A stretch of 60,809 nt of DNA from Rozella allomycis CSF55 (Eukaryota). The notes under the pieces were generated by a model that was not told where the DNA came from, did not search any database, and was given only the letters and a program-made list of their open reading frames with translations. The first letter of the stretch is position 1. Every line of letters begins with the position of its first letter. The stretch covers positions 1 to 60,809 of the forward strand of contig KE561370.1 in assembly GCA_000442015.1 (NCBI GenBank), read 5' to 3'. Both the position numbers and the translations under genes were made by a program. Below, in pieces: positions 50,701-60,809 of the stretch.

Positions 50701-51625
50701 TAGCAAACCCAATGCCTGATAGAAGCGCTCTCTTCACCCTCGCTTTCAGTGAATTTTTAAGAATTTCATCATATCTGTTAGCTTCTTTTTCTTGAGCTTG
50801 AAATGCAATGACTGTCCTGATTGATGATAAAACTTCAGAGGCCAAAGCCCCAGCAGCCCCATAACTCTTTTGACTTTCTTCAGTAAAGCTCGAAATAACT
50901 TTTGCCGTGACACCTAAAAACCCAACTAAGACAGGTATAGCTGCAGTCAGCACCAATGCCATTTGCCAGCCTATTACGCCTTGAAAAGCAGATTACCTTT
51001 AATATATGCCACCACAAACCCAGATATGAATTGAGCGAGATAAAGCAAAGTCAGAGCAACTTTTTCAGACATCCCTTCTTGAATTAGATAAAGATCCCTG
51101 ATAACAGAATAAATATTTATATACCCGCCTAACCGCGAAGATAAATTTCCTGATTGCTGTGAATCATGCCATCCCATGTCTTGTCTGAGCAATGCCTTCA
51201 AATATAGCTCCCTAATTCTCTTATTCTGTCGTTCTCCTGATACTTTGAACATAAGTATTCCAAAGTAACCTGCAAACAAGACAGATATCCCAAAAAGTGT
51301 AAAGATTAAACAATAATTTGAAATGTTTGTTTGAAATTCACTCTTTGATATCAATCTAAATGAAAATTTCCCGAATTCCTCCAACACGCTGCTCAAATAG
51401 AAGAAAAGGAAAGGATTCAACGCACCTTTTCAAGAATGGAGGAATATCTTTACCACAACCCATTGAAAGTAATGATCCGAAGAAAATCAAGCATTTGTCG
51501 ATTCCATCGGCATAACGGAAGAGAGTAATGAATCCTATTTTTTCAGTTTTCTTCTCTGTATCCTTATTTAGCTCCTTCGAAGCTTGTTGTCCTCTTTCAA
51601 TGTCGCTCATTGCGGATGACGTCAT
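47750..51625 (-). CDS. Full-length ABCB/MDR1 (P-glycoprotein) transporter, spliced
   Basis: Two TMD-NBD halves; GTSGSGKST and [23 protein letters not shown] twice; LDEATSALD. Confidence 0.97.
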
Positions 51626-51838
51626 GATGTGATTGAGAAAACAAATAAACAATATTTCAAGATTTGACCTGTGAATTTTGTTTATTCTAATCTATATTTG
51701 AACCTATCGAAATAACTGGATTTAACCTTCATTTTTGTAAACAGTTATCAATGTAAAAATCATATCATTCTTAATTGCTTATAGTTATTATTATATTAAA
51801 GAGTGAGAATATCTTTAGCATATTAATGTTGTTTTTTC

Positions 51839-52722
51839 ATGAGACGCCACAAAATGAAGCCATATATTTATGACTGGCTAACCATATTTGTTTTAGGTGT
51901 TATCGGGATTGGCTTGCAGTTTGTAACTCCTAGAATAAGATCTATTCCAATAAATGATCCAAGTATATCGTACCCCAAAACGGAGAACGAGACTGTTCCG
52001 CCAATATGGCTACCAGTAATCCAAATAATATACTGCAATAGTTCCTATCTGTGGTTTTCCCCTTATGTATTATGACGTTTATCATATTTTTTAAGAGGAA
52101 AGTAGAGTTTAAGACTATCATTTTTCGATACATGCTCTGTAATTTGGTATTGAAATGTGAATAGATTTATTCTTGGCAGCCCTGATTAACCTGATTGTAA
52201 CAGATTTTATTAAAGTATGATACTAATTTTGAAGATATATAGAACTATTTTGGCCGCTTACGCCCTGATTTCTTGAGTAGATGCATTCCAATCCAAGGAA
52301 CAAATCCAATTGAATGCTCTGGAAATCCAGAATCTATAATAGAAGGGCGAAAGAGTTTTCCTTCAGGTCATACGTCAAGTAAGAAATTACCTTATTCTTG
52401 ATAGTCTCATTTCAAGGAATGACATGCCTCGCTTTATTTATTATTACTGAATATGAACTATTTACGTCAAGGAAACCACTTCACATTGTAGTAGCAGCAA
52501 TTGCCCCTTTCTTTGTGAGCATTTTTGTTAGCCTTTCCAGACTTGTAGACTATAGGCATCATTGGCAAGATGGTACACTTGACAAATCTTTTTGACATAG
52601 TATTGATTGGTTGTTTAATTGGAATATTTACTTCCTTATATTCCTATTATAGTGTTTATCCAAAGTCAAATTCCATAGAGGAATCTGTTAGGGTTAATGA
52701 GGGTCCGTATTCGTCGGTTTAG
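51839..52722 (+). CDS. PAP2-family lipid phosphate phosphatase (Dpp1/Lpp1-like), spliced
   Basis: K..FGRLRPDFL.RC, RKSFPSGH, SRLVDYRHHWQD. Confidence 0.93.
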
Positions 52723-53385
52723 ATCACAAATTTAATAAAGTACTTTTATCTCAATTTAGAATTTCACTTCATGGCTCAAAACGAATCTTTAACAAAACAA
52801 TAGTCAACACAAGCTATTAGTTAATAGTTACAATTCGCGGCGCTAATTATTGACCTATCTAATATGTTTGCTATTTCTTGAATGAGGATTTAATTCTTTA
52901 ACAAGTATGAAATTGTTAATTTTAAGATTTAAACTAGGAAAATGAGTTATAGGAATAAATTCGAAGAAGCGGAGTTTAGAAACAGCTTCATTTCAATGCA
53001 AAACAAAGGCCTCAATACATTCACATAATATCAAGATTAAAATAACATTTTTTCTTCTTACCCTGGTTAATAAACTACCGAATAATCAAGGTTATAATAC
53101 AACATGGGAACCTCTGTGGCAGGCTGGCGAAAAGACAATTATCAACATCCGCTCGGACAAAGAAAATATTCCATTTAATCTTAAAGTGTTGATACTGAAT
53201 TCTCGAGTCGAATTGTGCTTTGGATTCGCCAATAATCGTATCACGTAGATTCCGCACTCATACAATTCCATGTCGTAGGATTCCGTAATTAATTCTTTGT
53301 ACGAGAGGATTTTGATATTTGTGGACTTATTGTAGAATGTTAATGGCTCGACTCTACCTGAGAACAATAGACTTTTCTTTGCTAG

Positions 53386-54566
<1,181 letters not shown>

Positions 54567-54718
54567 AGACAATTTTAATTCAACATAGTGCATTGGTATC
54601 TGATATATTATAACCCTTACATTTAAACTGCTTTGATTTGAATTGATATCGCAAATCTATGATAGTTTTGGGTGCATTTGACTATAAGAAGTTAATATTA
54701 ATCTACAAAAAGTGTTTA

Positions 54719-56388
54719 TTAAGATTCATCAGTTTCCATTTTAGAATCTTCAGGTAGATCGTCGGGAGAGCGATTTCTTCGAGAGCTCGTTGATCTTTTG
54801 TTGACTGATGAGCTCGGTCGATAAGCTCCATCGTCTCCATAATTCGCGTCATCCTTTCTCCTGAATCTTCCGTTTTCTTCAGTGTCAGAATCAGAAAATT
54901 CTTCGTCTGGAACAATCCTTTGATCTTTTTGGCGGGCTAATAAAATAAACCAAAGAAATTTACTCGTATTTCTTTTATCTGGGTCTTCTTCTTCATTATC
55001 AGATTCATCAAAGAGATCGTTAGGGACTTGTTGAAGTTGCACTGAAGGTGAAAATTGAGTGTGTCTTAAATTTTCAATGATAATTGATCTAATAAAAACA
55101 AAGAAATATTTCTACTTGCATTTTTCCAAGTACTCTCTCGTATTTAAATTGACCATGTTATTTGGGGGAATGTCCAATCGATATTCAGGTCCAAAATATT
55201 CAAAGTATTCATTGTATGGAAGAACAAATATTAGAAGATTGATTATTTTACCTTCGTCGATTTCAGTATCGCAAGCAAGCGCCGTCTCATATGTCCACGT
55301 TCTCGAGACATTTCTAATTGTGTAGCCTCCACCACCAAGCATCATCAAAGGAACATTAAATGATTTTAAAAATTTAACACAATTTGCATGTCCTTTCATA
55401 GACAAGTTAAAGCATCCTAATCTATCTCCAGCAAGAGAATCAGCCCCTAGTTGTAAAACAACGGCCCCTGGTCTAAACCATTTCATCACATGCTCAATAA
55501 TCTATAGTTTAAAATAAACATGATATTATTACTGGTTCAAATATACTTTTGTAGGACCAATCATCAATTCCATCACGTAGAGGGACATTCACGGCATAAT
55601 TCTTTCCAAGTCCGAATCCTGTATCCTGTTCATTAAAGAATAAATTTTATACCCTAATGTCACCAGTACCAGGAAAAAACTCTCCGTATTTATGAAAAGA
55701 AACTGTCATGACTCGATCAGTGGTATAAAATGCTTCCTCCACGCCATCGCCGTGATGAACATCACAGTCAATGTAAACTACTCTATTGTGATATTTCAAC
55801 AGCTCAAGTATTCCCAAAACAATATCATTCACGTAACAAAATCCTGACGCTTCCTTTTGCTTGGCGTGGTGAAGTCCACCTGCCCAGTTTACAGCAATAT
55901 CAGCCTGTCCACTATTCAGCTTCTGCGCACTCGCTACATCTGTAAAACCAATTTATAATACCTATAGATCCACCAGCAGAGATCTGGCAAAATTCATACA
56001 GGCCAGTAAACACAGGACAATCTTCTCCAACATTAACTAGTCCCTATTTTCATGGTTTATTACATTTATGCAATTGTTTCGTATAATCAGACATAGTTTC
56101 TGGTGTGATCCTTTTAAGAAAATTAACATATTCATCAGTGTGAAAACGAGTCATGTCCTCCGCTGTCGCTCTGGGTGGCCGCTATGTTATTCAGAGCATT
56201 TTGGTCTTACAAAAACGTCCATCTTGGAATACAAACCATAGTTGATCAAAAGGGAGTTGGTCATGCGGATACGATGTGGTTTCATGGGATGTCCTGGCCC
56301 ATAGTTGTAATGACCTACATCAGCTAGCTCAACTTGACACAATTGAATTACCATCATAAAAATAAGAGACGCGAGTTTTTGACGACAT
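54719..56388 (-). CDS. RPD3: Class I histone deacetylase Rpd3/HDAC1, spliced
   Basis: [61 protein letters not shown]. Confidence 0.98.
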
Positions 56389-56544
56389 GGGTAACGCAGG
56401 GGATTCCCTAAGCCACATAGAGACAAAGAAATGAATACATTTGTCTGTAAAAAATATATTTCAGATGAAAATATTTTTATACAAAGATCACAAAAGTAGA
56501 CTTGAACCATACAAAAGGGGCAACGGCGGGGGTTCCTGTAACAA

Positions 56545-57252
56545 ATGTTGTTCTACATCCTCGCTCTATTTATTGGTTTGTCTGTATGTGACGATGGAAA
56601 TCCTTTCCAGATGCCTCCTGGGCTAACGATAAGAAAATGTCGTCAAAAGGGCACAGTTGCAATTACAATCGACGATGGGCCCAAAGGAGGCATGATTCCG
56701 GTTCTCAAGTTGCTTGACAAGAAGGAATATCGCTCTCACAAAGTCACCTTTTTCGTTACAGGCAAATCAATGGATGAAATGGGCAAGAACGATTCAACTT
56801 TTCTCATGAAAATGGCACTCAGAAGGGGGCATGAAGTAGGACACCATTCTTACGAGCACAAAAGCTACGTTGATCTATCTCACGATGAAATGAAAGCGGA
56901 TTTTCTAAAGATGGATGCCAAGCTGGGTAAAATCAAGGGCACTTCAAAGATATTCAGGCCGCCTTATGGGTACATCAAACAATCAGTTTTCGATTTCATA
57001 AGAAGCCAAAATTACCATATTATTGGATGGACGCAAGATACCAACGATTGGAAATACTACGACAAGGATGATTATGTGCAGAAAGTGATGAAAGAACTGA
57101 ATGAAGAGGTGAAGAAAAAGTCGATTGTGTTGATGCATGACAATGACGCCAAGTCTGCTGAGGTTCTTGAAAAGATTTTGAAGTTGGTCGACAAGGCGGG
57201 CTATAAATCTACAACTGTTTCGAAATGTCTTGGAATTGACAAGGAAAAATAA
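56545..57252 (+). CDS. Secreted CE4 polysaccharide (chitin) deacetylase
   Basis: Signal peptide; TIDDGP, HSYEH, RPPYG, DTNDW, LMHD. Confidence 0.95.
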   Translation: MLFYILALFIGLSVCDDGNPFQMPPGLTIRKCRQKGTVAITIDDGPKGGMIPVLKLLDKKEYRSHKVTFFVTGKSMDEMGKNDSTFLMKMALRRGHEVGHHSYEHKSYVDLSHDEMKADFLKMDAKLGKIKGTSKIFRPPYGYIKQSVFDFIRSQNYHIIGWTQDTNDWKYYDKDDYVQKVMKELNEEVKKKSIVLMHDNDAKSAEVLEKILKLVDKAGYKSTTVSKCLGIDKEK

Positions 57253-57458
57253 AATCTGTTTAAATTTATCCATTATTCCATTTTGTTCATTCCGATAAAA
57301 AACGTAAAGATCTAATCATATATACCGATGACAGGTCCTTCCTTTACAATTAGCAATATCAAATCCCTGCCACTGTCACACCTCCAAGTACATCCCATAA
57401 TTTGACATGCTACGACACCCACCTTTAAAACCCACCCATCATCTATAAATAGCCCAAA

Positions 57459-58154
57459 ATGTTCCTCCCCAACCATCTCCTCCTCCTCCTCATTCTCCCA
57501 CTAGCCACCACGCAAACATTCCTGCCGCTTGGCCTCACAATCCGCCGCTGCCAGCACCCCAAAACGGTCGCCATAACCATCGACGACGGACCGTCTTCTG
57601 GCATGTCCCCAATCCTCGCCCTCCTGCAGCAGTACCGCCCACACAAGGTAACCTTCTTCGTAACCGGCCAATCTCTCGCCACCACATCAAATTCCACAGA
57701 TCTTGTCCGCACAGCGATCCGCCGCGGGCACGAGATCGGGCACCACTCGTACGCACACGGCAACTATGTAACGATGGCGGATGACGATATGCGTGCTGAT
57801 TTTATGAAAATGGATGCTGTTTTGAAGGGGATCAGGGGAACGTCGAGGCTTTTTAGACCGCCGTATGGAGAGATTGATAGAAGAGTGTTTGAGTTTGTGA
57901 GGAGTAAAAAGTACCATGTTGTTGGATGGTCGATGGATACGAATGACTGGAAGTATTATGAGCAGAGTGATTATTTGGGAAAGGTGATGGAAGAGCTTGG
58001 AGGCAGGGCAAAGTCAAAGTCGATTGTGTTGATGCATGATAGAGATGAAAAGTCGGCGGAAGTGTTGAAGGAGATATTGGAGTTGGTGATAAAGACTGGC
58101 TATAAAGCGACGACTGTTTCTAAATGTCTTGGAATCAACATGAAAAACAAGTAG
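57459..58154 (+). CDS. Secreted CE4 polysaccharide (chitin) deacetylase, tandem paralog
   Basis: Signal peptide; TIDDGP, HSYAH, RPPYG, DTNDW, LMHD. Confidence 0.95.
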   Translation: MFLPNHLLLLLILPLATTQTFLPLGLTIRRCQHPKTVAITIDDGPSSGMSPILALLQQYRPHKVTFFVTGQSLATTSNSTDLVRTAIRRGHEIGHHSYAHGNYVTMADDDMRADFMKMDAVLKGIRGTSRLFRPPYGEIDRRVFEFVRSKKYHVVGWSMDTNDWKYYEQSDYLGKVMEELGGRAKSKSIVLMHDRDEKSAEVLKEILELVIKTGYKATTVSKCLGINMKNK

Positions 58155-58276
58155 CAACAGAATGGTCAACTCCATAAATAAATAAATAAATCTATTTTAA
58201 CCATACATTATATAAAAATATTATTTTAACCATACACTATACAACATAATCTATCTCAATGTTTCTCGTTAATTTA

Positions 58277-60809
<2,533 letters not shown>

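Overview
Gene-dense, AT-rich eukaryotic nuclear DNA with about 35 protein genes, very short (~27-33 nt) GT-AG introns and two tRNA genes. A flagellar dynein assembly gene (CFAP300), chitin deacetylases, a Crinkler-type gene, a class C GPCR and E2F-like sites suggest a zoosporic early-diverging fungus or cryptomycete (Rozella-like). That assignment is an inference. Most genes are housekeeping. The highlights are: (1) a divergent intronless H2A/H2B pair where both genes carry a metazoan-type 6-4-6 histone stem-loop followed at identical spacing by a shared TTAAAGAT element, suggesting SLBP/U7-type 3' processing, plus an E2F/CCAAT/TATA promoter; (2) a Crinkler-like NTPase-nuclease gene inserted between PNP and CUL4, flanked by a ~400-bp duplication of both gene ends; (3) repeated symmetric G-rich/AT-rich/C-rich composition domains inside genes; (4) two decayed Ty1/copia relics next to a tRNA-Leu that has a partial duplicate; (5) an unidentified structured GC-rich island at ~800-1050. 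Exon boundaries were read by eye and are approximate. Single-N gaps occur between ~1070 and ~4080.
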